From positions 124,001-188,000 of the IMG/VR virus record IMGVR_UViG_3300042923_000281: 64,000 bases of DNA; one strand, given 5' to 3'. Below, in pieces: positions 46,414 to 55,505 of the stretch. The notes beneath the pieces were generated by a model. It saw only the letters and a list, made by a program, of their open reading frames with translations. It did not search any database and was not told the origin of the DNA. Both the position numbers and the translations under genes were made by a program. Each line of letters starts with the position of its first letter. The stretch's first letter is position 1.

Positions 46414-46816
46414 CGGAACCTCCACGGCTTCCTTGATTGGTTTCGATGGTGGTGATAGCCCACTCACCCTTCATGTACACGTATTCGTGAGAACCGTGCT
46501 CGAAACTCTGTAAATGTCCAACCACATCGCCAGTCGCAAAGTTAGCCTTGACCGAGAAGACGTGGGTGTAGTCTGGTGTATGGATGGTCCGGCGGACAAT
46601 GCCATTCTTGATAGCCAATGCCGGACGGAGGATGAAGTCCACACCCTCGATCCGAACGAGGTCAACAACGTGGGTGACGTTGATCAACTTCCTGCGAGCC
46701 ATGGTTGGCTTCTCACGCGGGTCCCACTGAGACTTCACCGGTGCGGTGGAGACAAAGTAGTCGCCCTTCGTGGCATGTAGACTGGCAATGGCCAAGGCCA
46801 AAGGCTTAGCTCGCAT
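46406..46816 (-). CDS. hypothetical protein
   Basis: Start MRAKPL with GGAGG RBS (alternative start at 46702). Confidence 0.65.
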   Translation of the reverse strand: MRAKPLALAIASLHATKGDYFVSTAPVKSQWDPREKPTMARRKLINVTHVVDLVRIEGVDFILRPALAIKNGIVRRTIHTPDYTHVFSVKANFATGDVVGHLQSFEHGSHEYVYMKGEWAITTIETNQGSRGGSDV

Positions 46817-47225
46817 ACGGTTCCTCCGGGATGGTAGCCAGTACGTCGAAGTAACGGGCCAGTGCATCTTCGGTGGTGGTGTTCTCATCACCCCACTTGC
46901 GACTGGTCTGGTCACGCAGTGGCAGGATCTTCTTGCCATCCACGAACACAAACACATCTTCAGCCAAGAAGGTCGTCTGGGAAGGCATCTTGACGATGGT
47001 CTCCCCAGTGGTCTCAGCTTGAAGGAAGATCAAGCGAGCTTTGTTCTGGAAGTCGTCAGGGTTGGCGTGAAACTCTTCCCAACCAATCGGCTCCTCTTGG
47101 GAGATGCGATCACCCAGCACGACCTGAAGGGCCTTGACGTGGCGAAGCGAAGGAACGCAGACGATGATACGGCCAACAGTAGGAGGCAGAGGGATGAACT
47201 CGGACTTACGCATATTGTCGAACAT
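46806..47225 (-). CDS. hypothetical protein
   Basis: 139 aa ORF. Confidence 0.75.
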   Translation of the reverse strand: MFDNMRKSEFIPLPPTVGRIIVCVPSLRHVKALQVVLGDRISQEEPIGWEEFHANPDDFQNKARLIFLQAETTGETIVKMPSQTTFLAEDVFVFVDGKKILPLRDQTSRKWGDENTTTEDALARYFDVLATIPEEPYAS

Positions 47226-47316
47226 GGTTTAGCTTCCGGAATAAGGGGCCAGGAATGTGTTCCTGGCCCAGGGTGTTTGTCATAGAGGATGAAACTCTAG
47301 TTCTTTAAAACGAAGA

Positions 47317-47358
47317 CAAAAGAAATAGAAAGCCTAGTGCGGGGATACCGCACTAGGC
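47317..47358 (-). terminator. intrinsic terminator
   Basis: GCCTAGTGCGG-TATCC-CCGCACTAGGC plus TTTCTATTTCTTTT. Confidence 0.8.
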
Positions 47359-47365
47359 CTAGGGG

Positions 47366-47728
47366 TTATGCAGTCAACAACCAGTTGTAGCCCGTCCACG
47401 CGTAGACGAACAACGCAGGATACAGGAGGCCACAGTCGAGGATGTGGGTCCAGTAAGACTTGTACTCATAGCGCAGTTCTTTGCCTGTGCTGCTGAGGAA
47501 TTCTTCGATGTTCTTCACCAGCCACCAGTGATGGTAAAGGTTGATGAAGAAACGGCCTGCGTTGACGAAGGGAATCCGGCCTACCTTGTAATCCACCTGA
47601 TGAGGACCCAATGGAATGGTTCCACTGACCCTCGGGTAAATCAAGCCGTGTACAATGTACGCGACCAATAGAACGATGAAACCTGACATTGCAAACAGGT
47701 GGATAGAGAAGGCCAAGTGGGCGCCCAT
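47366..47728 (-). CDS. membrane protein
   Basis: N- and C-terminal hydrophobic helices. Confidence 0.75.
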   Translation of the reverse strand: MGAHLAFSIHLFAMSGFIVLLVAYIVHGLIYPRVSGTIPLGPHQVDYKVGRIPFVNAGRFFINLYHHWWLVKNIEEFLSSTGKELRYEYKSYWTHILDCGLLYPALFVYAWTGYNWLLTA

Positions 47729-47743
47729 GATGCAGCTTACTCC

Positions 47744-48340
47744 TTAAACGGTTAGGTCGGACTTTGGTGCTTTGAAGTTGATTGCTGCCAACGACAGAGC
47801 GTTGACTTCGATGTCCTTGTTGAGGACTTGAGCTTTGGTGATCCGTCCAAGGACAGTCCCCAGTTGGGCGACGAGTTCATCCACAGTGTGGTTGTCATCG
47901 CCTTGTACTTCCATCGCCCATATGAATTCCCCTTCAACGACCGACGGGTACATGAAGCGTTCCATGTCCAGTGCAATGTCGATGTGAGGGGCGTCCAAGG
48001 TGCGTACGACCTTACCGATGACCGTACGGTTCAAAGACATGTACGGATCGGTCTCAGAGGCCGCTACGAAGTCCTCTGGGCCGATTTGGAAGCTCACGTA
48101 CAGCGTAGGGGCGCCTAAGCTGTTAAACGCGTAGTAGACGTGCTCATCCTCGACCATGGTGTACGGCAGGATGTGCACCGCCACGGGACGGTAGCCGGCT
48201 GGACACTCTTCATCAATGTCCAGATGTTGTTGGATGAACGCATCCAGTTGATACAGGCCCTTGGGAGTCTGACGAAACGCCAGACGACCCATCTGCTTGG
48301 CTACCTTGGGGGTGTCACGGACAAAGAGGCGGTTTGCCAT
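47744..48340 (-). CDS. hypothetical protein
   Basis: 198 aa ORF with AAGGA RBS. Confidence 0.75.
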   Translation of the reverse strand: MANRLFVRDTPKVAKQMGRLAFRQTPKGLYQLDAFIQQHLDIDEECPAGYRPVAVHILPYTMVEDEHVYYAFNSLGAPTLYVSFQIGPEDFVAASETDPYMSLNRTVIGKVVRTLDAPHIDIALDMERFMYPSVVEGEFIWAMEVQGDDNHTVDELVAQLGTVLGRITKAQVLNKDIEVNALSLAAINFKAPKSDLTV

Positions 48341-48349
48341 GGTCTTTCC

Positions 48350-49027
48350 TTACCCTTCGTGGGTGAGATGGAACAGTTGACGAACAGCAGCAGACCCATT
48401 GCCTGCTTTCATTTGAGCTGCCATCTCTTCGTTCAAGACGCGCATGTCGTGCATGGCTTGCGGCTTGACGTAGTAGTTGGTGCCAGGGTACTTGACCATG
48501 CCTTCCACATCCCCACAGGCCATCTCGATGATACGTGGCTCACCGGAGAAACCGAATTTGGGGAAGAGGACGACCTTGCCGTAGAACCGACCTTTGTCAT
48601 GCTCTTTCATCCAGTTGTTCACGCAGTCGTGCTGGATGATCATTTCCTGCTCTTCGTCCCAACGCTTGCCTTCGGTCAACCAGCTTTCACGCGTGTTGAG
48701 TTGGATAGGCCAAACGTCAGTACCGTTCTTGCCGGTGAAGATCATGCCGTGGCAACCGTCAGCAATGAACTGCTCGATCAACATGGCACAGTCGCGGATC
48801 TTGTCGATGCACGAGCGCATGTACTTGACCGGGTCATCCGCACGGTAAATGTCACGGCAGACACGCTTCTGAATCTCCAGCGTACATTCGTTGTACAGTC
48901 GAGCAGCGAGCTTCTTGACCTTCTTGGCATTGGGGTTCTTCAAGGCCTCGAACTTGTCAAGGATGGCCGACTCCTGTTTCAGGGTGTCGTGCTCGATGTT
49001 GTCGATTGCGTTGGTGGTCTCGTCCAC
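48350..49027 (-). CDS. hypothetical protein
   Basis: 225 aa; AGGAG RBS and GTG start. Confidence 0.8.
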   Translation of the reverse strand: MDETTNAIDNIEHDTLKQESAILDKFEALKNPNAKKVKKLAARLYNECTLEIQKRVCRDIYRADDPVKYMRSCIDKIRDCAMLIEQFIADGCHGMIFTGKNGTDVWPIQLNTRESWLTEGKRWDEEQEMIIQHDCVNNWMKEHDKGRFYGKVVLFPKFGFSGEPRIIEMACGDVEGMVKYPGTNYYVKPQAMHDMRVLNEEMAAQMKAGNGSAAVRQLFHLTHEG

Positions 49028-49094
49028 GAGTGGTGCTCCTAGGTGTCTATGCGGTTAGTGTGCAGGGGCTGTGTGCCCCTGCCTTCATGTTGTA

Positions 49095-50504
49095 TCAGTC
49101 GGATGGGCTGCTGCTGGACGAATCGTTCGACGACGTATCCGATACAGGGCTCGGAGACGGGTCTGGACTGGAGAAACGGCTGGACGACTCTTGCGACCAA
49201 TCTTTACCAGTCTGTTCCATAGGCACGCCGCCGTACGTGTGCTCACCTTGCTGACTACTACGGGCCAATGAAACACCACGTAGATGGATGTCTTGCAAGT
49301 CAGCCGGGTCCAGTGGCTTTGCATCACGCTCGAAGCCGGTCTGGATCAGTTGACGGTTGATTGGCCGATGAGTATCGCGGTCAATGACATCCCGTCCACG
49401 GCTCAGTACGTCTTCGATTTCACCAGGTTCCGGCGCACGTGGCATGATCGTTGGGATCTCGCACTCAATGCGGATTGGATCAGGATGGTGGAACTTGTGG
49501 ATCGCCGGACATTCGATGTCATGGCCCGCCGCCAAGTGAGCACGGATGTTGTCTACTTGCAGTTCGAAATCAGCAGGCAGCTCTGGGCAATGGCCACTTG
49601 GCAACAGCTTAACGCCGAACCATGCGATGTAGAACTGCTGTGCTTCGGACAACTGCGAGTACGGACGCACTTCCGCTTGGAAGTTACGGAAGTCGTCCAG
49701 CGTAGGGGCCTGACGCGGCTTACGGAGAACTGGTGGAGATTGGAACTGGTACTCTGGCTTCATGGTTAGCTTGCGCAGATCACGATCAATGCTCGCAAGG
49801 TGTACTGGAACGATGTCTTCCAGCCCAGCCTGTGGCAGACCGCCGAAGAAACGGTGCAGAGATGCCTGGATCGACAGCTCCATTTCCTTGGTCAGGATCA
49901 TCGGCTTCTCAAGGAGAGGCAGGATGAATTCCATTGCAAAGACGTCACCGATCTCATTGTCTTTGTGCTTGGCCAGCAGGTCGATCAACGACTCAGCACG
50001 ATCCGGGTACACTTGGCACGGGATCGAGAAGCTACGCATGGTGATGCGAGTACCGCCAGCGTTAGCGCCGAACTGAGCCTTGTTACTGGTCATGGCCCAC
50101 TGCGTGTAGATGCCCTTGACTTTGTAGCCGTAGGACAGTGCACTGAGCAGGTCGAACAGTTCCAGGCAAGAGATGTCCACGCCACTCAGCGTTTCCAGAT
50201 CCACGTCGGCTTCGAAGGTGGTGCTGTGCGGCACGTAACCACGATCTGCCAGCAAGCGAGCAATGCAGCCCAGCATGAACAGCAGGTCTTCAGGATCACC
50301 GGCTGGGTTACCCAACGCGGCCACACTGACAGCCACGCGGCAGGCGTCTTCCACGGTCAACTGAGTACCTTCTTCAAGCACCAGGTCGTACGTGGTGTCG
50401 TCGATCTTCTCGAAGCCCAGATCCTTACACAGACCTTCAAGGTAGTCTGGTTTGGTAACGTCGGTGAAGAAGATGCGGTGATGCGTTGTAGTTGATGTGT
50501 GCAT
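49095..50504 (-). CDS. hypothetical protein with disordered Ser/Pro-rich tail
   Basis: 469 aa; ends SSRFSSPDPSPSPVSDTSSNDSSSSSPSD. Confidence 0.85.
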   Translation of the reverse strand: MHTSTTTHHRIFFTDVTKPDYLEGLCKDLGFEKIDDTTYDLVLEEGTQLTVEDACRVAVSVAALGNPAGDPEDLLFMLGCIARLLADRGYVPHSTTFEADVDLETLSGVDISCLELFDLLSALSYGYKVKGIYTQWAMTSNKAQFGANAGGTRITMRSFSIPCQVYPDRAESLIDLLAKHKDNEIGDVFAMEFILPLLEKPMILTKEMELSIQASLHRFFGGLPQAGLEDIVPVHLASIDRDLRKLTMKPEYQFQSPPVLRKPRQAPTLDDFRNFQAEVRPYSQLSEAQQFYIAWFGVKLLPSGHCPELPADFELQVDNIRAHLAAGHDIECPAIHKFHHPDPIRIECEIPTIMPRAPEPGEIEDVLSRGRDVIDRDTHRPINRQLIQTGFERDAKPLDPADLQDIHLRGVSLARSSQQGEHTYGGVPMEQTGKDWSQESSSRFSSPDPSPSPVSDTSSNDSSSSSPSD

Positions 50505-50514
50505 GGTGAGTTCC

Positions 50515-50958
50515 TTAGTTAATGGCTAAGCTTACGTGTTGACCGACGGTTTCGCGGACATGCTCCCAGTCATTGCTGACGTGAAAGAGCACAAGGCGAT
50601 CATCGCTCATGCCAATGAATTGGTGATCGTTGTCAACGAACTTCTTGACGCGGAAGTTTTCCCCCATGAGTTTAGTGAATTCTTCAAGGGCCATCAGGTT
50701 CTGCGTGTCGAACCTGATGGACTCAAATGCAGCGGCGACTTCATCCATCGTACTGTCGCAGTAACGAGCGTCGGGTTTGCCGCTATGGAAGACGCCATGC
50801 CAGTTATCCATGCGATGCTTTTCTTGAGTGACAGCAACCTCTAGAAAACCACCTTTTGGATTACTGATGTTCAGGAGGATCATCGAAGTGGTCTCTCCGG
50901 TATCCAGTCGTGCAATGGCTTCGTTAATGAGTACGTGATACTCTTCGCGGGTCTTCAT
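50515..50958 (-). CDS. hypothetical protein
   Basis: 147 aa with AGGAGG RBS. Confidence 0.8.
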   Translation of the reverse strand: MKTREEYHVLINEAIARLDTGETTSMILLNISNPKGGFLEVAVTQEKHRMDNWHGVFHSGKPDARYCDSTMDEVAAAFESIRFDTQNLMALEEFTKLMGENFRVKKFVDNDHQFIGMSDDRLVLFHVSNDWEHVRETVGQHVSLAIN

Positions 50959-50966
50959 GACGCCTC

Positions 50967-51362
50967 CTAGAACTTGTATTTAAGGTAAGCGTCAACCACA
51001 TCACGGGCATCGGAAAGGACAAACGCCGGACTGCTTGCAAACTCGATCAGAAGCTTGATAGCCTCCACCCGCCGGCCCGCATCTGCCAACTCTCGCCAGC
51101 CAGCTGGAGTATTGATGGATTCCTTTTCACGGATGTAAAGGACGTTGCCCAGTGTATCGAGCGAGTCTTTCATCCGTTTGACTAAGACGTTCATGATGGC
51201 GCCGGATTCGGCAAGGGTAGCCCCGCGGTTGTCACGGAACTGATCGACAAAGGCGAAGTCAGCATCCGTGAAGGCTTTAGCCACGAGGGCTTCGATAGTG
51301 TTGACGTTCTGCTCGATGCCGATGACAGCTTGAGCCAACTGTTCTGCGCTGGTGTTAGACAT
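50967..51362 (-). CDS. protein with C-terminal ribosomal bL12-CTD-like motif
   Basis: GRRVEAIKLL.......LSDARDVVD resembles K(I/V)xAIK..R....L.EAKD.V(E/D). Confidence 0.5.
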   Translation of the reverse strand: MSNTSAEQLAQAVIGIEQNVNTIEALVAKAFTDADFAFVDQFRDNRGATLAESGAIMNVLVKRMKDSLDTLGNVLYIREKESINTPAGWRELADAGRRVEAIKLLIEFASSPAFVLSDARDVVDAYLKYKF

Positions 51363-51389
51363 TATTGTCTCCTGGGTGCTTGTACGTTG

Positions 51390-51397
51390 GTAATGTA
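51390..51397 (-). promoter_or_regulatory. putative early promoter TACATTAC
   Basis: Recurrent motif directly upstream of 50967..51362. Confidence 0.55.
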
Positions 51398-51400
51398 GCG

Positions 51401-51718
51401 CTATTTCGCTTTTGAATCGTCCTCGAGCAAAGCCTCAGAACGCTCGTGTGCACGTTCGTAAGATTCATCGTTGACGTACGACAGCGTCCCGTAACCATCT
51501 ACGCTGTAGCCGATAAGCTGAGCGACCTGACGGTGCTCTGCCGGTGAGTAGTGCCCACAGGCGATCTCGTTGAGGCCATAGCCGCGAGGTTGAGCGAAGT
51601 CCAGTAGATCGCGGACAATGCGGTTCTCAAGGAAACGGTGTACGCCATGTGCATCAACACCCACGGGCTGCATGGGTTCTTCTTCACCAGCCAAGATGGT
51701 GGTCAATTCAATAGTCAT
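51401..51718 (-). CDS. conserved phage hypothetical protein
   Basis: PMQP...G..RF.EN.IV..LLD...LN ... Q.AQLIGYS..G...LSYV pattern. Confidence 0.8.
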   Translation of the reverse strand: MTIELTTILAGEEEPMQPVGVDAHGVHRFLENRIVRDLLDFAQPRGYGLNEIACGHYSPAEHRQVAQLIGYSVDGYGTLSYVNDESYERAHERSEALLEDDSKAK

Positions 51719-51732
51719 GATACCCTCCTACG

Positions 51733-51758
51733 GGCATAAAGCGGTGGGCGGACCCACC
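51733..51758 (-). terminator. hairpin plus TTTATGCC
   Basis: GGTGGG-TCCG-CCCACC-GC-TTTATGCC. Confidence 0.6.
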
Positions 51759-51770
51759 ACTCAGGGGAAG

Positions 51771-52451
51771 TTACGCAGGAACGCTCACCGGTCTTCTGCG
51801 CAAGTGTGCGTCGATCTGCATCAAGTACGGGATCAACTGAGCCTGCACTTGTTCGAACGCTTGTTCAGCGTCAATCACCGCGTAACGGTTCATGTCCAGG
51901 ATCGCGCACTCTTTGTAGACCTTGCGAGTGGCGTGGTGGAACTCGATCGGCTTGAGGTCGTAGAAGTTCAAGGCGTCATCGCCTCGACCTGCCATCCGCT
52001 CACGGAACACTTCAGGATTGCCATCAAGTAAGATGGTCAAGTCCGGTTTGAAGTTGTCGAACGCAACATCGTGCAGTACACGCAGCTTGCTGGTAGCGAC
52101 GCCTTCTTGAGTCTGGTAAGCAAACGTGCTGTCACAGAACCGATCAGTGATAACCAGCTCGCCATTGGCCAGACGAGGCTTGATGAGCATCTCAATGTGC
52201 TGCGCACGAGCCGCCATGAACTTGAAGGTCTGGGTCAGTGCGCAGACAGGTTCTTCATGGTCCTTACGCTTGCGCAGGATGTCCTCACGGATCATCTCAG
52301 CTTCTGGTGTGCCGCCTGGTTCACGGGTGAGCACGGCAGTGATGCCATGACCGTTGAACCATTCGTTTAACCACGTGCGGAGGGTGGACTTGCCTGCCCC
52401 ATCTGGTCCTTCGATACCGAGCAGAAAGCCCTTGTGATTCGGTAACAGCAT
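51771..52451 (-). CDS. tmk: thymidylate kinase
   Basis: IEGPDGAGKST P-loop, TREPGGT, DRF.DST.AYQ, PDLTILLD. Confidence 0.95.
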   Translation of the reverse strand: MLLPNHKGFLLGIEGPDGAGKSTLRTWLNEWFNGHGITAVLTREPGGTPEAEMIREDILRKRKDHEEPVCALTQTFKFMAARAQHIEMLIKPRLANGELVITDRFCDSTFAYQTQEGVATSKLRVLHDVAFDNFKPDLTILLDGNPEVFRERMAGRGDDALNFYDLKPIEFHHATRKVYKECAILDMNRYAVIDAEQAFEQVQAQLIPYLMQIDAHLRRRPVSVPA

Positions 52452-52460
52452 GCATTACTC

Positions 52461-52937
52461 CTAGAGATTCTTGGTGTAGCGTTTGTGTTGTTTTACAGCG
52501 TAGCGGAACGTGATTCGATCCGAGTCAGGGCGCGTCCAATAATACAGTCGGTCTTCATCGGCAAGAGGTGCAACATCATGTTTGGTCAACCGCTCAGGGG
52601 TTAACTCAATGACGATGCCCTTGAACTTGGTCTGCCATTCGCCAAAGACCAGCCCAGTCCATTCTACGTATTCTTCCAGCAGCTTCTTGGTGACCAACTG
52701 CTGATTGCCTTTGAACGTCCCCTTAGGGAACTCAATGACGTACCGACGACCATCACGTTCGTCGTGCAGGTTCCAGTAATCCTTGGCTTCAAGATCAATG
52801 GGATGTGCCAAGGACGAGAGCACGAGATCACTAGACCCACCTTCAAAGAACGTGAGGACAGATTGATGGTTACGAATCCCCACTTTGTTCATGTTGATGC
52901 AGGTGACGATTGTTTTGGTCTGTTTGACGGTAGCCAT
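52461..52937 (-). CDS. hypothetical protein
   Basis: 158 aa with RBS. Confidence 0.75.
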   Translation of the reverse strand: MATVKQTKTIVTCINMNKVGIRNHQSVLTFFEGGSSDLVLSSLAHPIDLEAKDYWNLHDERDGRRYVIEFPKGTFKGNQQLVTKKLLEEYVEWTGLVFGEWQTKFKGIVIELTPERLTKHDVAPLADEDRLYYWTRPDSDRITFRYAVKQHKRYTKNL

Positions 52938-52962
52938 GGTGAGTTCCTTGGTGATGCGACAT

Positions 52963-53607
52963 TTAAGCCGCTACTGGTAATTCTAAAGGAGGGATCTCAA
53001 GTCCCTGCTTGGTCATTTGTGCTTTGATCCATTCGATGAACTGAGTCCGCTGTTCCTCAACGTAGAGGTTCACAATCGGGATGTTGTTCATGATGGACAG
53101 TTGAACGGCTGTGTTCGTACCGCCGCGAACCAGACCCTTCTTCCCGACAGGTACAGCCCAAAAGACTGTAATCCACCGAGGCATATCGAGGCCCTCAGAG
53201 AGCACCTGGAATGCGTTGCGAGTATGCAGGGCTATCCCAGAGGGAAACAGCCCATTGAAGCTTCCACGCGCTTTGAAGGCCATTGCTTGGGCTTCATCGT
53301 ACGTACCGTACCACTCCGCTTCGTGATGTCCTTTCAAATGGTCTTGTTTCAAGTTGCGCATGTTCTTGAGCTTGGTGTAGTAGATCTGGGCAGGAGGCAT
53401 CATTGGCCCCTTACCCAGTTCGTACCCTTCCCAGAAGACCGTGTCAGACCCTGGCGCATCACCGGTGCACAACACCCCTCCAAGCATAGCCATGCACTGT
53501 CCAACCCAGCGCAGCAATGGCTCCCACTCTTCGGGTAAGTCGTTACGACTACCTACGCCGCACCAAGTGAATCGCCACTGCCATCCAATCGCCTTCCAGA
53601 AATCCAT
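52963..53607 (-). CDS. SLOG-superfamily (DprA/Smf-like Rossmann) protein
   Basis: GVGSR...P ... TGDA.G.D..F..G ... LH.RN..Q ... GGT.TA......IP..NL. Confidence 0.75.
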   Translation of the reverse strand: MDFWKAIGWQWRFTWCGVGSRNDLPEEWEPLLRWVGQCMAMLGGVLCTGDAPGSDTVFWEGYELGKGPMMPPAQIYYTKLKNMRNLKQDHLKGHHEAEWYGTYDEAQAMAFKARGSFNGLFPSGIALHTRNAFQVLSEGLDMPRWITVFWAVPVGKKGLVRGGTNTAVQLSIMNNIPIVNLYVEEQRTQFIEWIKAQMTKQGLEIPPLELPVAA

Positions 53608-53609
53608 CC

Positions 53610-53930
53610 CTACCCCCAATAGCTAAGGTACGCCGCTTTGATAAACACCCCAATGAACGTGAAGAAACACGCAATGAGGTACAGTGAGTAGACACCAGCG
53701 CAGAAGAACATCAGGTACCCACACCAGATGCCGAACTTCCGCCCCCGGTTCATCTTGTACTCACGGCCGTAACGCCAACCCTCGCGAAACTCCTCATCGT
53801 CCTTCATGGCCCACGGTAGACTACAGACCATGAGAATGGCGAACGGAAAGAACCCCATTCCAATGCCGCTACAGACATCGACGATGAGTTGGGTGTGCTC
53901 GCCCCAGACGTTGGTGAAGTTGATAGCCAT
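53610..53930 (-). CDS. two-TM membrane protein
   Basis: Start MAINFT; two hydrophobic helices. Confidence 0.7.
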   Translation of the reverse strand: MAINFTNVWGEHTQLIVDVCSGIGMGFFPFAILMVCSLPWAMKDDEEFREGWRYGREYKMNRGRKFGIWCGYLMFFCAGVYSLYLIACFFTFIGVFIKAAYLSYWG

Positions 53931-53938
53931 GGCGACCC

Positions 53939-54550
53939 TTAGCGTGGTTGGATCAGTGCGTTGTAACGCGCCATGCCGTCGTCGAAGAGGTGGAGGCAAC
54001 CGAGGTCTTCCTGGTGACGTGCACGTTGGAATTCCACGAGGGCTTCGTTCTGTTGGAACAGGGCCACTTCATGCGGGATGTTCGCTGTACCAGTGCAGAA
54101 CAACGGCACCAGTGCACGGTCGAAGTAAGCATTGTTGTCTTCTTCGTACTCGGCCAAGGCGCGCAACGCATTGTGCATCGCCATGTACGGAGCAATCGGG
54201 TCGACGTTGGACGTCGGGGCAAACATGGTGGGCACGTAGACCACAGCACGCTCATCATGCACCACCACTTCGGCAGCGCCGACTGGCATCATGCCCGCGT
54301 ACTTCTCGCGAATCATGCGCAGGACCTTGGTCTGGATCTCACGTCCAAACACGTCCACCACAGCCAGGTCGAAGCCACCGGTCATGTGACCGAAGCTGTT
54401 GCCGGGGGTGAACAGGACATCGTAACGACTTTTGATCTGGTCGCCGTTCTGTGCAGTGATGTTGGCGCGCAGCAAACCCGTCTCTACTGCTTGAGGGGCG
54501 TTGAGGGTGCGTTTGTGATCGGTGTTTACGAGGAAGTCGAGGTAGCGCAT
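53939..54550 (-). CDS. Macro-domain (ADP-ribose-binding/hydrolase) protein
   Basis: Start MRYLDF; PGNSFGHMTGGFD.A, PVG.A, PTM..P, P.FCTG motifs. Confidence 0.85.
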   Translation of the reverse strand: MRYLDFLVNTDHKRTLNAPQAVETGLLRANITAQNGDQIKSRYDVLFTPGNSFGHMTGGFDLAVVDVFGREIQTKVLRMIREKYAGMMPVGAAEVVVHDERAVVYVPTMFAPTSNVDPIAPYMAMHNALRALAEYEEDNNAYFDRALVPLFCTGTANIPHEVALFQQNEALVEFQRARHQEDLGCLHLFDDGMARYNALIQPR

Positions 54551-54894
54551 TATTTGATCGCCTTTAGGCCGAAGGTGGTGATGATGCCCGGGTACTGGCG
54601 CATCGTATTTAGGTGTACTTCTTCGAACGGGATACCGAACCAACCGTTAGAGAAGATCTGAGCCAAGTTGGCCTCTTCCTGCACGAAGTTCAAGTGATCC
54701 CGGTCGATGATGCTCAAGGTGACGGGAGGGTAGAGCTGACCACCGAAGTAGTGGCCTTCCGCTTGGCGCAACGCCATCTGGATGTGACCGGGTAACACAG
54801 GCGTGTTCACATTAGCCCGTTCAGCTTCCTCAAGCACCATGTCGGTTGCCATGAGGTGCCATTTGTCCAGCCACCAGATATAGACGTGGTCCAT
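54550..54894 (-). CDS. hypothetical protein
   Basis: 114 aa; TAATG-coupled to the Macro gene. Confidence 0.75.
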   Translation of the reverse strand: MDHVYIWWLDKWHLMATDMVLEEAERANVNTPVLPGHIQMALRQAEGHYFGGQLYPPVTLSIIDRDHLNFVQEEANLAQIFSNGWFGIPFEEVHLNTMRQYPGIITTFGLKAIK

Positions 54895-54896
54895 GC

Positions 54897-55076
54897 TTAC
54901 CTCTGCCCAGTGTTCATTTCGATAAAGCCTTTGCGGGTGACGCAGAGGCGGTACGTAGCTTGATTGTGCTTGACGTGATACGTTTGGCCACGATGAAGTT
55001 TACCTTCAAAGTAGGCCTTCTCAAGATCGTCTCGGGTGTCAAACTCCAAGTGTTCAGTGATAGGGACTTCTTTCAT
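54897..55076 (-). CDS. small hypothetical protein
   Basis: Start MKEVPI with AGGAG RBS. Confidence 0.65.
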   Translation of the reverse strand: MKEVPITEHLEFDTRDDLEKAYFEGKLHRGQTYHVKHNQATYRLCVTRKGFIEMNTGQR

Positions 55077-55135
55077 TTTACATGCTCCTGACATACAAAC
55101 AATCTATCGGGTTTGTATGTTTTAACTTGTCCAAG

Positions 55136-55165
55136 CGGCATAATGGGAGGACCGAAGTCCTCCCA
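55136..55165 (-). terminator. hairpin plus TTATGCCG
   Basis: TGGGAGGAC-TTCG-GTCCTCCCA-TTATGCCG. Confidence 0.75.
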
Positions 55166-55170
55166 GTGAA

Positions 55171-55494
55171 TCACACCGCGGTGTAGAACTTCATGAACTT
55201 TGCCAGCGACAAGCTTTGGGTGTGCTTGTCTTCTTCCTTGTCCTTGAACAGGGCGACATCCTTGCGGACTTCGACCAGGAAGATCTTCGAGGTGACGCCA
55301 TTGCGCGTGGTCTTGTACCATGCGTTGTTGGCACCTTCGAACTTCAGCGGTTCAGGCTGTACTTGAGGTTTACGCTCAGGTTGAGCAATCTCACGCAAAG
55401 CCCCCAAGCTGCTCATGGTGTTACCGACCGGTTTCGGACGACGATCAACACTGGCAGATGGACGAGTATCTTTCCACGAGGTTCTTTGGTTCAT
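55171..55494 (-). CDS. basic hypothetical protein
   Basis: 107 aa ORF. Confidence 0.75.
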   Translation of the reverse strand: MNQRTSWKDTRPSASVDRRPKPVGNTMSSLGALREIAQPERKPQVQPEPLKFEGANNAWYKTTRNGVTSKIFLVEVRKDVALFKDKEEDKHTQSLSLAKFMKFYTAV

Positions 55495-55505
55495 TACGGG
55501 TACCT

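Noticed and set aside
47744-48340. NUDIX-like hydrolase
   Set aside because: Only a faint resemblance in the N-half and no recognisable Nudix box
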